Positions 1 through 9,920 of a DNA stretch of 64,000 bases are shown here, in pieces. Source of the stretch: Candidatus Poribacteria bacterium (lineage in GTDB: Bacteria; Poribacteria; WGA-4E; WGA-3G); the NCBI GenBank assembly GCA_965205025.1, contig CBDBFU010000003.1, forward strand, positions 96,001-160,000. The letters run 5' to 3'. Made by a program: the position numbers and the translations under genes. The notes below the pieces were generated by a model that was not told where the DNA came from, did no database searches, and was given only the letters and a program-made list of their open reading frames with translations. Numbering within the stretch: position 1 is the first letter of the stretch; every line of letters begins with the position of its first letter.

Positions 1-2
1 GA

Positions 3-1016
3 GAGAAGGCAGACTTTCAATCCTATCTTGATCAATGGTCCGGTGAAAAACCTATACAGATTAAACCCATTCAGCATGATGCGATTCGTGAACATGCCAG
101 ATTTAGCAGTGGGGTAAGTAATGCTGGTAAGAGAACACGAGCATTCATAAAAGTCCAAGATGGCTGTAGTGCATTTTGTTCTTACTGTATCATTCCATAT
201 GTAAGAGGAAGAATGACAAGTCGTTCACTATCAGAAATCGTTGAAGAGACAAACCGTATAGCAGAAAGCGGGATCAAGGAAATTGTCATTACCGGGGTCC
301 ATCTCGGTGCTTACGGACAAGATACGGGTAGAGACAAAGATATAGCGGATATTTTAGAAAATATACACGAAGTAAATGGGATTAAGCGAATCAGATTCAG
401 TTCAATTGAACCTATGTATTTTCCAGATATTCTATCTGAACGGATGTCAGCCCTACCAAAATGTATGCCTCACTTCCACATTCCAATCCAATCAGGTTCT
501 GATTCGGTTTTACGGAGAATGCGACGAAGATATACTACAAGACAATTCTCACATCTCATTGAAAAACTTCGTCAATGCTTTAATGATGACGTAGGTATTA
601 CCACTGATATAATGGTTGGATTTCCTGGAGAAACCGATAGTGATTTTCAAGATTCTCTTCGTTATGTTAGGGAAATTGGCTTCAGTCAGTTACATGTATT
701 CCGTTATTCTCCCCGTAAAGGAACACCAGCTGCCTCCTATCCTAACCAAGTTACCCCATCTGTTTCAGGTGAACGCAGTAAAAAAATGATTGCTTTAGGA
801 GAGGAACTGAGTAGGATTTTTCGACAGAGAATGATCGGTAAACACAAAGAAGTACTGATTGAAGAAAGTAGAGAGGGAGAGAATAATCTACTTGCTGGAT
901 TTACAGATAACTACATCAGAGTATTAATTGATGGACCTGATACTGCAATCAATGAAGTTCTACAGATAAAATTAACTTCAATTAATAATGAATATTTACT
1001 TGGAAAGTGTGCATAA
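3..1016 (+). CDS. mtaB: tRNA threonylcarbamoyladenosine methylthiotransferase MtaB (5'-truncated by window edge)
   Basis: Frame is open from base 3; RTRAFIKVQDGCSAFCSYCIIPYVRG radical-SAM motif lies upstream of the listed ATG; also HIPIQSGSD, TDIMVGFPGET, HVFRYSPRKGT and a C-terminal TRAM-like region. Confidence 0.92.
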   Translation, partial: EKADFQSYLDQWSGEKPIQIKPIQHDAIREHARFSSGVSNAGKRTRAFIKVQDGCSAFCSYCIIPYVRGRMTSRSLSEIVEETNRIAESGIKEIVITGVHLGAYGQDTGRDKDIADILENIHEVNGIKRIRFSSIEPMYFPDILSERMSALPKCMPHFHIPIQSGSDSVLRRMRRRYTTRQFSHLIEKLRQCFNDDVGITTDIMVGFPGETDSDFQDSLRYVREIGFSQLHVFRYSPRKGTPAASYPNQVTPSVSGERSKKMIALGEELSRIFRQRMIGKHKEVLIEESREGENNLLAGFTDNYIRVLIDGPDTAINEVLQIKLTSINNEYLLGKCA

Positions 1017-1078
1017 TTAAGGAACAATAATACCTTATAACTTATCCCATAATAAACCTATCTTATTGGAGAACTATT

Positions 1079-2149
1079 TTGAAAAAAATAAAAAATGTAA
1101 TTGTTTTACTTGTTATTTGCTTAGCTGTTTCTGGATGTGAAAAAATAACTGATACAGTTATGATACCTACTGATATTCCAGATACCCAACCACTTACTGT
1201 AATGACATACAATGTATATGTTGGCAGTAGTGCTGAACCTCTCTTAAGTGTAGAAAATCTAATTCAAGCTCCTACGGAAGTTGGTATAATGTATAATAAT
1301 GTTATGGCATCCGATTTCCCAGGACGAGCTGTAGCAATCGCTAAATCTATAAAGGAATATCATCCCCACATAATCGGTTTACAAGAAATCTCTCTTATCC
1401 GTAAACAAAGTCCAGGAGATTTTCTCCCTGACAACCCTACACTGGCTGAGGAGGTAGTCCTTGATTATCTCAAATTATTGATGGATGCTTTTAAAGCAGA
1501 AGGGTTAAACTATCAAGTCGCTGCTCAAGTTGAAAACATAGACGTTGAAATGCCGATGTTTTCTGACACTGGTTTAGATGATGTTAGATTAACCGATTAT
1601 GATGTCATACTTGCTCGAGACGATGTTGATATTTCACGGCAAATGAGTGATAACTTTGATGATACACTTAAAATTGAATTGCTCGGATTAGAAATAAAGA
1701 GAGGGTACGCTGCCGTTGATGCCACCGTTTCTGGCACAACATACCGAGTTGTGAATACCCATTTAGAGGCATTTACAGAGGTGATTCGAGTCCCACAAAC
1801 TAAAGAACTTATAGCTATTCTCAGCGATGAAACCCTACCAACAATTCTGTTAGGCGATTTCAATACACGCGCACCAGATGGAACTGCTTACCAACTACTA
1901 TTAGACGCAAACTATATTGATCTTTGGCAAATGGATACATCTGGGAATGGGTATACATGCTGCCAACATGATGATATTCTCAATGAAGTCAGTGATTTAA
2001 AAGTCAGAATCGACCAAATATTCGTACGCAATTTCACTCCAAAATCTATTCTGACATATACTGTAGGAGATAAACTCGATGATAGACTACCATCGGGGTT
2101 ATGGCCCTCTGACCATGCAGGTGTTGTAGCACAGATAGTATTAGAATAG
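1079..2149 (+). CDS. Endonuclease/exonuclease/phosphatase (EEP) family lipoprotein
   Basis: Lipobox LAVSGC; motifs MTYNV, GLQE, NTHL, LGDFN, RIDQIF, PSDH. Confidence 0.88.
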   Translation: MKKIKNVIVLLVICLAVSGCEKITDTVMIPTDIPDTQPLTVMTYNVYVGSSAEPLLSVENLIQAPTEVGIMYNNVMASDFPGRAVAIAKSIKEYHPHIIGLQEISLIRKQSPGDFLPDNPTLAEEVVLDYLKLLMDAFKAEGLNYQVAAQVENIDVEMPMFSDTGLDDVRLTDYDVILARDDVDISRQMSDNFDDTLKIELLGLEIKRGYAAVDATVSGTTYRVVNTHLEAFTEVIRVPQTKELIAILSDETLPTILLGDFNTRAPDGTAYQLLLDANYIDLWQMDTSGNGYTCCQHDDILNEVSDLKVRIDQIFVRNFTPKSILTYTVGDKLDDRLPSGLWPSDHAGVVAQIVLE

Positions 2150-2172
2150 TATTATAATGTGAATTCGATATA

Positions 2173-2433
2173 ATACCATTTCTAATTGAAAATGTCTCTT
2201 TTTTCTACCACAAACTTTATGAGGATTAAGTAAATAGTTCGGTAATTCTATTCTTCCCAAACCCGGTAGGTGCGGTTTCCTAACCACGGGGAATGCTAAA
2301 TAGCATTCATACCGTTGATTTGGATCTTTCTACAAATTGCCGAATTTAAAAATTAATCTTCATTCAGTTTGTGACCTGAAAAATGACTACCAAAATAACC
2401 ACCTAATGAGACAATAATTTATAGAAATGGTAT
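2173..2433. repeat. Nested inverted-repeat intergenic element (MITE-like) with a central REP-like GTAG sequence
   Basis: Outer perfect IR ataccatttcta/tagaaatggtat; inner IR cacaaactttatgaggattaa/ttaatcttcattcagtttgtg; third IR ttcggtaatt/aattgccgaa; core ccggtaggtgcggtttcctaacc. Confidence 0.65.
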
Positions 2434-2497
2434 AAGATCAACACCCGCTTTACAGACGGAAATCTCCTAACATTCTAAGAATTAACTTTAAAATAAA

Positions 2498-2532
2498 AAG
2501 GGTGCGTTCTCATGAATTGAGAACGCACCTTT
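2498..2532 (-). terminator. Probable intrinsic terminator
   Basis: ggtgcgttctca-tgaat-tgagaacgcacc hairpin followed by a U-tract on the minus strand, just after the 2559-3722 gene. Confidence 0.7.
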
Positions 2533-2558
2533 GTTCTTGTATATTTTCTCTTTCAAAT

Positions 2559-3722
2559 CTATTCAGGTTTTGTAACAATGATATCAATCTGTGGCATTCC
2601 ATTCTGTATTTTTCTAACGCCAACACTCTTGACAGGATTACGGTTTCCATCGAAGCGTAAGATAGTTGTTGCACCTCTAAAGTCTGTGATAGCAGCAATA
2701 GCATCTCGAAGTGCTACTGGATCATCTACTGATCCTACAGTGTTAATTGCCATTGCTAAGATTTTCAAGGCATCATATCCTGTAGCTGCAATACCATCAA
2801 CAGAACCATATACCATTTCATAAGAAGAAATAAAATCCATTGCAGTTGGATCTAAGTTGGTGCAAAAGTATGAATCATCCAAAGGTGAATTATCATCTAA
2901 AGTAGTGAACATTAGCGGGTCATCCCAACCATCACTACCAATAAATGTTGCGGTAATTCCTTTGTCTCTTGCTTGTTTCATAATGTTTGGATTATGAGGT
3001 GGAAAACTGGCGAGAAGAAGGACATCAGGGGCTGCAACTTTGATTGCATCAAGTTGGGTATCAAACATTGTTGTGCTTCCTTCGTATTGTTGTTTTTCAA
3101 CAATACTACCACCAAGATCCGTGAAATTCGTCTCAAAAGATTCAACAAAACCTTCAGAATATACATCCTTGTCCTGCCAAATCATTGCTGCGGTTTTCTT
3201 TTCAAGATCTTCTTTGACAACTTTCGCCAGAAGTTCAGCCTGTAACACATTTGATCCCGCAATAAGAAACATCCAATCGTTTGGATCAGTTTCCTCTGCT
3301 GTCACCTCTGCCCTTGTTGCCCCTAAGAGTGTGGGTACACTGGTAACTGGACCAACTTTAACCGCATGGCTTGAAAAGAGCGGTCCCAATATGGCGACTA
3401 CATTCTCATTTTCGACTAATTCGCTGGTAGACTGAACGACGGTATCAGTTTTTTCTTCCCTAAAGATCAACTCAACCTGCATACCAAGCACACCACCCTT
3501 AGCGTTCAATTCATCTTTTGCCAGTATTGCACCCTTACCAAAACTCGTGTAATTAGGTTGAGGATGCAATAAACCAACTTTCAGTGTTGTCATTGGTTCT
3601 GTATCAACTTGACTTACTATACTATCGGTCACTACATTTTCAACTTTTTCACACCCAGTAATCCAAAACATTGAAAAAACAATAAGTACACATAATGACA
3701 CTCTAAAAATATTTATGCTCAT
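2559..3722 (-). CDS. LivJ/LivK-like ABC substrate-binding lipoprotein
   Basis: Lipobox ITGC; NAKGGVLG, AILGPLFS, FIGSDGWD, GYDA and FRGAT..RFD periplasmic binding protein type I motifs. Confidence 0.88.
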   Translation of the reverse strand: MSINIFRVSLCVLIVFSMFWITGCEKVENVVTDSIVSQVDTEPMTTLKVGLLHPQPNYTSFGKGAILAKDELNAKGGVLGMQVELIFREEKTDTVVQSTSELVENENVVAILGPLFSSHAVKVGPVTSVPTLLGATRAEVTAEETDPNDWMFLIAGSNVLQAELLAKVVKEDLEKKTAAMIWQDKDVYSEGFVESFETNFTDLGGSIVEKQQYEGSTTMFDTQLDAIKVAAPDVLLLASFPPHNPNIMKQARDKGITATFIGSDGWDDPLMFTTLDDNSPLDDSYFCTNLDPTAMDFISSYEMVYGSVDGIAATGYDALKILAMAINTVGSVDDPVALRDAIAAITDFRGATTILRFDGNRNPVKSVGVRKIQNGMPQIDIIVTKPE

Positions 3723-3896
3723 GCTTGCCTCATTTTCTGAATATATTAATTTAAATTATATTAATGACTTGAAAATAAATTTGTAATACTGCGTTTGGGA
3801 TTATATTATTGTAACAGTGCTAATATAGGTTATATTTCTACCAGCATCAGAAAAGAAATATAACCTAATTGTTGTTAGTACATGAAGACTGAAATA

Positions 3897-4331
3897 TTAG
3901 ACATTAGAATTTGAACGCAGCAGATGTGCTCCCAAGGCTCCATTCAAAAGCGGTAGTAAAGCATCAATAAAAATCCATACCAATGAACGGGTATCTGCTG
4001 AAATTGCTGTAAAGTCTGCCCCTACCTTAAGAATTCCAAACCAATTCCAGAAGAATATTATCGCGCTAAACATAAATCCATAAAATAGTGTATTAGCAGC
4101 AATAAACTCTTGTACACTTGAATTTTCTGTAATTCGACTCATTCGTATATATGAAAAAATTATCCCTAAAACAATCGAAATAGCTGATAATGGGTTAATA
4201 TAACCCCATAATGAACTATATGGATTATCCGTATCAGATGTGTGATATACTGGTTCGAGTATGGTGTTTAATGCAATTATTGCTGCAATTAATATGAGAA
4301 CAACACCAATAACTTTTTTTAAGGCATCCAT
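3897..4331 (-). CDS. Hypothetical four-TM membrane protein
   Basis: Four hydrophobic segments; RBS ggag upstream. Confidence 0.75.
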   Translation of the reverse strand: MDALKKVIGVVLILIAAIIALNTILEPVYHTSDTDNPYSSLWGYINPLSAISIVLGIIFSYIRMSRITENSSVQEFIAANTLFYGFMFSAIIFFWNWFGILKVGADFTAISADTRSLVWIFIDALLPLLNGALGAHLLRSNSNV

Positions 4332-4444
4332 GATTTACTCCTTTGTAAAGTGTGAATACATTGATGTTTACCACCAAAAATAATTATGTCAAACTGATAT
4401 TTAAAAGTCAATAGGAAACTATAGAAAATATTGTCACGTTTATA

Positions 4445-4473
4445 TTGACATCAACTAAACTATCTGAAATAAT
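4445..4473 (+). promoter_or_regulatory. Candidate sigma70 promoter for the 4599 gene
   Basis: TTGACA-17 bp-AATAAT. Confidence 0.45.
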
Positions 4474-4598
4474 GAATACGAAAGTAATTACATCTTTATT
4501 CATGCTGTATACTGAATGTAAATTACTTATTTGATATCATAGTTTGAAAATTTGTTTGTTATTTAGATGAATATCTTAATTTCTAAAGGAGAGTATTT

Positions 4599-5846
4599 AT
4601 GAAAATTAGAAACATCACTTTATTCCTATCTATGCTTCTTATTATTGGTATGATTGCCGGAATATCAAGTTGCAGTAGGATAAGTGAATTGATGCCTGAT
4701 CCGGCAGATCCAAACGATATTACTATCGGTGTTATCGTTTCTCTAACAGGGAAAGATGCAGCCCCTTATGGACTCCCAATGAAACGTGGTTTTATGTTAG
4801 CTCGAGATGAGATTAACGCCATGACTGATCTGAACATAAGCTTCATAATTGAGGACGATAAGAGTAATGAGGATGGGGCAATTGCAGCAGTAGAAGAACT
4901 GGTCAATAGAAATGTTCCGGCTATAGTGGGAATTGCTGTCTCAGATTACTTAGAAGATGCCTTCCCTATTGCACAAGAAAATGAAATTGTTGCATTTAGT
5001 TCAGTATCATCAGCAGCCGGATTGAGTAGTATTGGAGATTATGTCTTTCGTGCAGGACTCGCAACAAATAACATGATCCCCAATGGGGTAGCGCTTACCA
5101 AGGCGAAACTTGGGTATTCAAAAGTTGCAACCATTTATGATAGTGAGGATACCTATTCCAATAGTAGTAATGAGGAAGTGGTAAAAGCACTCACAGCTAA
5201 CGGTGTTGAGATTCTAACACAAGAAACTATTGCAACTGATGATACCGATTTTGAAATGCAATTATCTAATATTATGAGCATGCAACCTGAAGCACTTTTT
5301 GTCTCTGCATTGTCACAAGAGATGACTCAGGTGATTATCCAAGCAGGGAATTTAGGTATAACTGAAACTACTCAATTAATTGTTCCCGATTTGACGAATG
5401 CCGAAGTTCAGGCTGCAGGGGATGCTGCGGAAGGAGCTATCGCTTTTGCAAGTTGGTTTAGCGAGTCAGATGCACCAGGAAACAAAGAGTTTGTTCAGAA
5501 GTATATGACAGAATTTGGTATTGAAGCTGAACCATGGGCGGCACAGTCTTATGCAACCCTATATATCCTTGCTAATGCAATCTCTAAAGCAACAGATAAC
5601 AGTTCCAGTGCAATTCGAGATGCACTGATAGAAACCAAGGATTTCCCAACTATCTTAGGTAATTTCTCATTTGATCCCAATGGAGAAGCTATGTATAACC
5701 CAGTTGTATTAATTGCCAAAGATGGTACCCTTCAAGTTCCCGAGGTTGTTGTAGATACTGACCCTCAAGTTCCTGAGATGACCGATGCTGGTTCCACTGA
5801 AGATGTGGAGATGACTAAAGATGAAGTCTCTGAAGATCTTGAGTAA
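4599..5846 (+). CDS. LivJ/LivK-like ABC substrate-binding lipoprotein with acidic tail
   Basis: Lipobox ISSC; IGVIVSLTG, EDDKS, IGDYVFR, AAQSYAT, LGNFSFDPNGEA. Confidence 0.88.
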   Translation: MKIRNITLFLSMLLIIGMIAGISSCSRISELMPDPADPNDITIGVIVSLTGKDAAPYGLPMKRGFMLARDEINAMTDLNISFIIEDDKSNEDGAIAAVEELVNRNVPAIVGIAVSDYLEDAFPIAQENEIVAFSSVSSAAGLSSIGDYVFRAGLATNNMIPNGVALTKAKLGYSKVATIYDSEDTYSNSSNEEVVKALTANGVEILTQETIATDDTDFEMQLSNIMSMQPEALFVSALSQEMTQVIIQAGNLGITETTQLIVPDLTNAEVQAAGDAAEGAIAFASWFSESDAPGNKEFVQKYMTEFGIEAEPWAAQSYATLYILANAISKATDNSSSAIRDALIETKDFPTILGNFSFDPNGEAMYNPVVLIAKDGTLQVPEVVVDTDPQVPEMTDAGSTEDVEMTKDEVSEDLE

Positions 5847-5872
5847 TTTTAATAATCATTGGATATATTAAC

Positions 5873-5910
5873 AAAAAAGCCGTCATCAGATAACTGATGA
5901 CGGCTTTTTT
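5873..5910. terminator. Bidirectional intrinsic terminator
   Basis: aaaaaagccgtcatcag-ataa-ctgatgacggctttttt perfect hairpin between convergent genes. Confidence 0.9.
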
Positions 5911-5941
5911 ATATGGTGTTATTACATACAAATATAAGAGT

Positions 5942-8887
5942 TCAATTTCGTGCCTCAGGAGTCACCTTGAGTTTCACCTGTTTCCCATCACGTGTCACTA
6001 CCACCTCTACGGGTTCACCAATTTTTACAGCATCAAGAGCATAAGTATAATCATAGATATTGGTAATCTTCTTTCCACCAAACTCAACGATAATATCTCC
6101 TCCCTTTAATCCGGCTTTATCTGCTGGACCACCTGCACGGACACCAGAAATTTTAACCCCTTCACCTTCGGTCGTATAATCGGGTATGGTTCCAAGATAG
6201 GCACGCAGAGTATCTCGGTTTCCACCTTCTGACGGGCTCCGCTCAACTTTAACATATTCAGGACGTATATCCGTATAAACTAATTCAGAGATAAGTCCGT
6301 ATGCCAAATTTGAAATCCGTTCTAAACCTGCATAGTTAAGTGTCTCATGATCATCTGTTGGTCGGTTGTAATCCTCGTGACCTCCTGTAAAGAAACTCAA
6401 TACAGGTATTTCTTTAGGATAAAATGCCGTAACATCAGTAGGTAAATAGGGATCTACCTGTAATGTCAGATCAAACCCTATAGGTACATTTCGTTTTTCA
6501 ATTAGTTTTGTCCATACCGGTGATGAACCGGTTCCCTGCAGTATTAACTTATTATCACGAAGACGTCCTACCATATCAAAGTTAAGATAGGCAGCAATAT
6601 TCTGTATAGGTATAACAGGTTCATTCACAAAATGGGTTGATCCAATTAGTCCGAGTTCTTCTCCTGACCATAGGGCAAAGATGATTCCTTTAGTGAATTT
6701 ACCAGGATTATCAGTATATTCTTGACTAAACATTTCTGCTAATTTCAAAACAACTGCTGTACCGGATGCATTATCATCCGCACCATTATGAATTTGACCT
6801 TCTTCACCTTTTCTTGCTAATGATCCAATTTCACCGTATCCAATATGGTCATAATGTGCTCCAACGACTATATATACTGGAGTGTTTGTTGTTACATCTG
6901 GTGGGAACTGTGCAAGAACATTGTTATCTGTCTTTTTTACCCTTTCAATCGAAACAACAATCTTAACCTTCACATTAGGTAGAGGAAAGTGTCCAAGAAA
7001 ATGAGGGTTTTCCGTATCCAGACCAGATTGGACTTCAACCAGTTTCTTTTCATAGTCAGAAAAGAGTGTATTTGCAACCTTACTTGAAATAGAGGCAGAT
7101 ACAATCCCTGAATCTGCAAGACTACTGTCAAAATCAAGTGGAATCAACTCACCTGCATTAGGAGAATTCGGTCCAGCGACAACCAAAAAAGCTGAAGCAC
7201 CATTTTCACGCGCTTGCATCGCTTTATAACGTAATCCTGCATATCTATTTAATTCTTGCCGACGTTCTGGTGTAACACCTTCAGGAACATATCGTAATGC
7301 CACAACAATCTTATCTTTTACATCAATGCCTGCATAGGAGTCGTAGCCGACACCCAACTCACCTGGAACTGTAAGTCCATATCCGACAAAGACAACTTCT
7401 CCTTCAACCACACCATTACGAGAAAAGGATAGAGGTAAGAAGTCTTCATTGACATTATACTCAAAGGATTCGTCAGAATCTCCAGAGGTCTGCATAATTG
7501 TAAATTGATTCTCATTTGGAATTACTTTCCTACCTGCAGTAAATTGAAAGGATTGAAGATAACCCCCCTCTTCACCAGCCGGTTGAAGATTGAATTTAGT
7601 AAATTGTTCAACGATGTATTCAGCAGCATGTTTGGCTCCATCGGATCCTGTCATTCTTCCTTCCAAAGTATCATCTGCAAGGAATTCTACATGGTGTTGT
7701 ATGTTACTCTTACTATCAATTAAAAAATCACCGTTTGTGGAGTCTCCATGAGATTCTTCTTTGGAAACTACTTTATTTGATAATTGGATCCTTGGTGAGG
7801 AGGATAGCGAATCAATAGCTGCTTTATGGTTCCACGAAGCAAGATATAATTGTGAGACTTCTTGGCTATTTCTATTGGATGTCCAACATAGACGATTACC
7901 ATCAGGTGAAAAGACTGGTAGACCATCAAACCCATCTGTTGATGTAATCTGAACAGGTTCATGTCTACCCATACTATCAACTATATACAGTTCAAAATTT
8001 GAAAATCCCAGCTTATTTGAGGCAAATATTACATATTCACCACTCGGATGAAAATAGGGTGCCCAAGACATTGAATCAAAATCAGTCAAACGTATAATTC
8101 CTGTACCATCAAGTTTCATAGTAAAAATATCTGCAACACTCCCATCAGGAGTAAAATGACGCCATACGATACGTTCCCCGTTCGGAGTAAAAAAAGGACC
8201 ACCATCATAACCGGGCATATCCGTCAAACGTCTCTGGTTAGAGCCATCCGCATTCATGATGTAAATTTCACCGAAATAAGCAGGATCAACTTCTAACTGT
8301 TTTAAATCCTTAGCAGATAAATCCTTTTTTGGATAGGCATCACGTAATGAACAGAATACAATATATCTACCATCAGGTGAATATGAACCCTCGGCATCGT
8401 ATCCATAAGCATCTGTCAATTGTACCAAATTACTTCCATCCCGTTTAGCAGAGAAGATATCCATTGTTTCATCATAATCCCAACTATAACGCCGTTCTTT
8501 CCCTGATTCACGAAATGCTATTTCCTCTTTCTGCTTTCCTTCGGCAAATACATCGTGATGGGTAGATGCATATAATACTTCATCTGTACCAGGTCGAAAG
8601 AAAGCACAAGTGGTCTTTCCAATACCAGATGAAACCCGATGAGTGTCACCTGTTAATAGGTTAAGGAGATAAATCTGATAAAACGGGTTATCGGGTTCTC
8701 GTTCACTCTGAAATATAAGGGAATTACCATCGTCCGAAAAATATCCTTCACCAGCTCGTTTCCCATCGTAAGTGAGTTGACGGATATTCTCAAGATATTG
8801 GGATTCTTCCGCAATAGTATATTGAGTAAATAATAATACACAGGAAAGAGAAAAAACTATAAACACGACGCATTTTATGAAACACAT
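5942..8887 (-). CDS. Secreted M28 peptidase with TolB-like (PD40) propeller, PA and PDZ domains
   Basis: YDAEGSYSPDG/YDGGPFF repeats; GAHYDH, NGADDNASG, WSGEELG, NFDMVG; C-terminal YLGTIPD..GPADKAGL PDZ. Confidence 0.92.
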   Translation of the reverse strand: MCFIKCVVFIVFSLSCVLLFTQYTIAEESQYLENIRQLTYDGKRAGEGYFSDDGNSLIFQSEREPDNPFYQIYLLNLLTGDTHRVSSGIGKTTCAFFRPGTDEVLYASTHHDVFAEGKQKEEIAFRESGKERRYSWDYDETMDIFSAKRDGSNLVQLTDAYGYDAEGSYSPDGRYIVFCSLRDAYPKKDLSAKDLKQLEVDPAYFGEIYIMNADGSNQRRLTDMPGYDGGPFFTPNGERIVWRHFTPDGSVADIFTMKLDGTGIIRLTDFDSMSWAPYFHPSGEYVIFASNKLGFSNFELYIVDSMGRHEPVQITSTDGFDGLPVFSPDGNRLCWTSNRNSQEVSQLYLASWNHKAAIDSLSSSPRIQLSNKVVSKEESHGDSTNGDFLIDSKSNIQHHVEFLADDTLEGRMTGSDGAKHAAEYIVEQFTKFNLQPAGEEGGYLQSFQFTAGRKVIPNENQFTIMQTSGDSDESFEYNVNEDFLPLSFSRNGVVEGEVVFVGYGLTVPGELGVGYDSYAGIDVKDKIVVALRYVPEGVTPERRQELNRYAGLRYKAMQARENGASAFLVVAGPNSPNAGELIPLDFDSSLADSGIVSASISSKVANTLFSDYEKKLVEVQSGLDTENPHFLGHFPLPNVKVKIVVSIERVKKTDNNVLAQFPPDVTTNTPVYIVVGAHYDHIGYGEIGSLARKGEEGQIHNGADDNASGTAVVLKLAEMFSQEYTDNPGKFTKGIIFALWSGEELGLIGSTHFVNEPVIPIQNIAAYLNFDMVGRLRDNKLILQGTGSSPVWTKLIEKRNVPIGFDLTLQVDPYLPTDVTAFYPKEIPVLSFFTGGHEDYNRPTDDHETLNYAGLERISNLAYGLISELVYTDIRPEYVKVERSPSEGGNRDTLRAYLGTIPDYTTEGEGVKISGVRAGGPADKAGLKGGDIIVEFGGKKITNIYDYTYALDAVKIGEPVEVVVTRDGKQVKLKVTPEARN

Positions 8888-8970
8888 TTCATATTCCTCA
8901 AAATTGTTATTCTTTGATTGTATTCCTAAATACTACATGACCTGTATATACAATATCCATGTAATTCTGT

Positions 8971-9822
8971 TTAAAGATGTTTGTTAGCCATTTCTCTTAG
9001 GAATGCAAGTCCTTCTGACGCAAGACTCTCTGCGCTTGGAGCAATATCACGCCAAATACATGTAGCAGCCGCAATTTCTTTAACAGCAGGTGTGAATGAC
9101 TCTATTACAAGCCATCTATTATAATTTATCTCAGCAAGTGCACCAAACACACCTTCCCAGTCAACAAGTCCTGTACCGGGGGTGCCACGATCATTCTCAC
9201 AACAATGCATGTGATGTAAATAGTCACCAGTATTAATAATTGCATCTGCTTGATTTTTCTCTTCAATGTTCATATGAAATGTATCCAAATGAACTTTAAA
9301 ATAAGGACTATCTACTGCCTCACAGAGTTTTACTGCATCTTCAGCAATGTTAACAAAGTAGGTTTCAAAACGATTGAGTGGTTCGCTTGCAAGTGTCACA
9401 CCATGTTTACCACCAAATTCCGCTGCCTCTTGAAGACCTTCTACACACCATTCCCATTCCTGAGTGTTTCTACCCCTACCAACAAGTTTTCCAACAGCAC
9501 TATACATAGGTCCAACAAGTGTATCTGCACCTAATTCCGCAATTACCTCTATTGTCTGTTTAAGATAACTCTTTCCATTCTCACGGATTGTAGGATCTTC
9601 ATCAATTGGATTTCTATCGCCAGCCATAATATTACAGCCAATTGTTTCTATGCCGGTATCCTTCAGCAATGATTGGGTGTACGGTATATCAACTGTATCT
9701 GGATCGAAAATAGGAATTTCTACACCATCGAATCCCATTTCCGAGACTTTTGGTATCAAGTCCGCTGTTTCTTTATCAAACTTATCTGCCCAAAGTAATA
9801 AATTCACACCGATTTTTGCCAT
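8971..9822 (-). CDS. D-psicose/D-tagatose 3-epimerase family sugar epimerase
   Basis: EPLNRFETY, HLDTFHMNIEE, ENDRGTPG, VIESF. Confidence 0.9.
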   Translation of the reverse strand: MAKIGVNLLLWADKFDKETADLIPKVSEMGFDGVEIPIFDPDTVDIPYTQSLLKDTGIETIGCNIMAGDRNPIDEDPTIRENGKSYLKQTIEVIAELGADTLVGPMYSAVGKLVGRGRNTQEWEWCVEGLQEAAEFGGKHGVTLASEPLNRFETYFVNIAEDAVKLCEAVDSPYFKVHLDTFHMNIEEKNQADAIINTGDYLHHMHCCENDRGTPGTGLVDWEGVFGALAEINYNRWLVIESFTPAVKEIAAATCIWRDIAPSAESLASEGLAFLREMANKHL

Positions 9823-9920
9823 TTAGTAGTCTCCTTGTTTTCAGTAATAATATAATACCTTATTTCTATAATTCAAACGAGAGATTAAGTAATCAGGTTG
9901 ACCATTTAATACATCATTAA

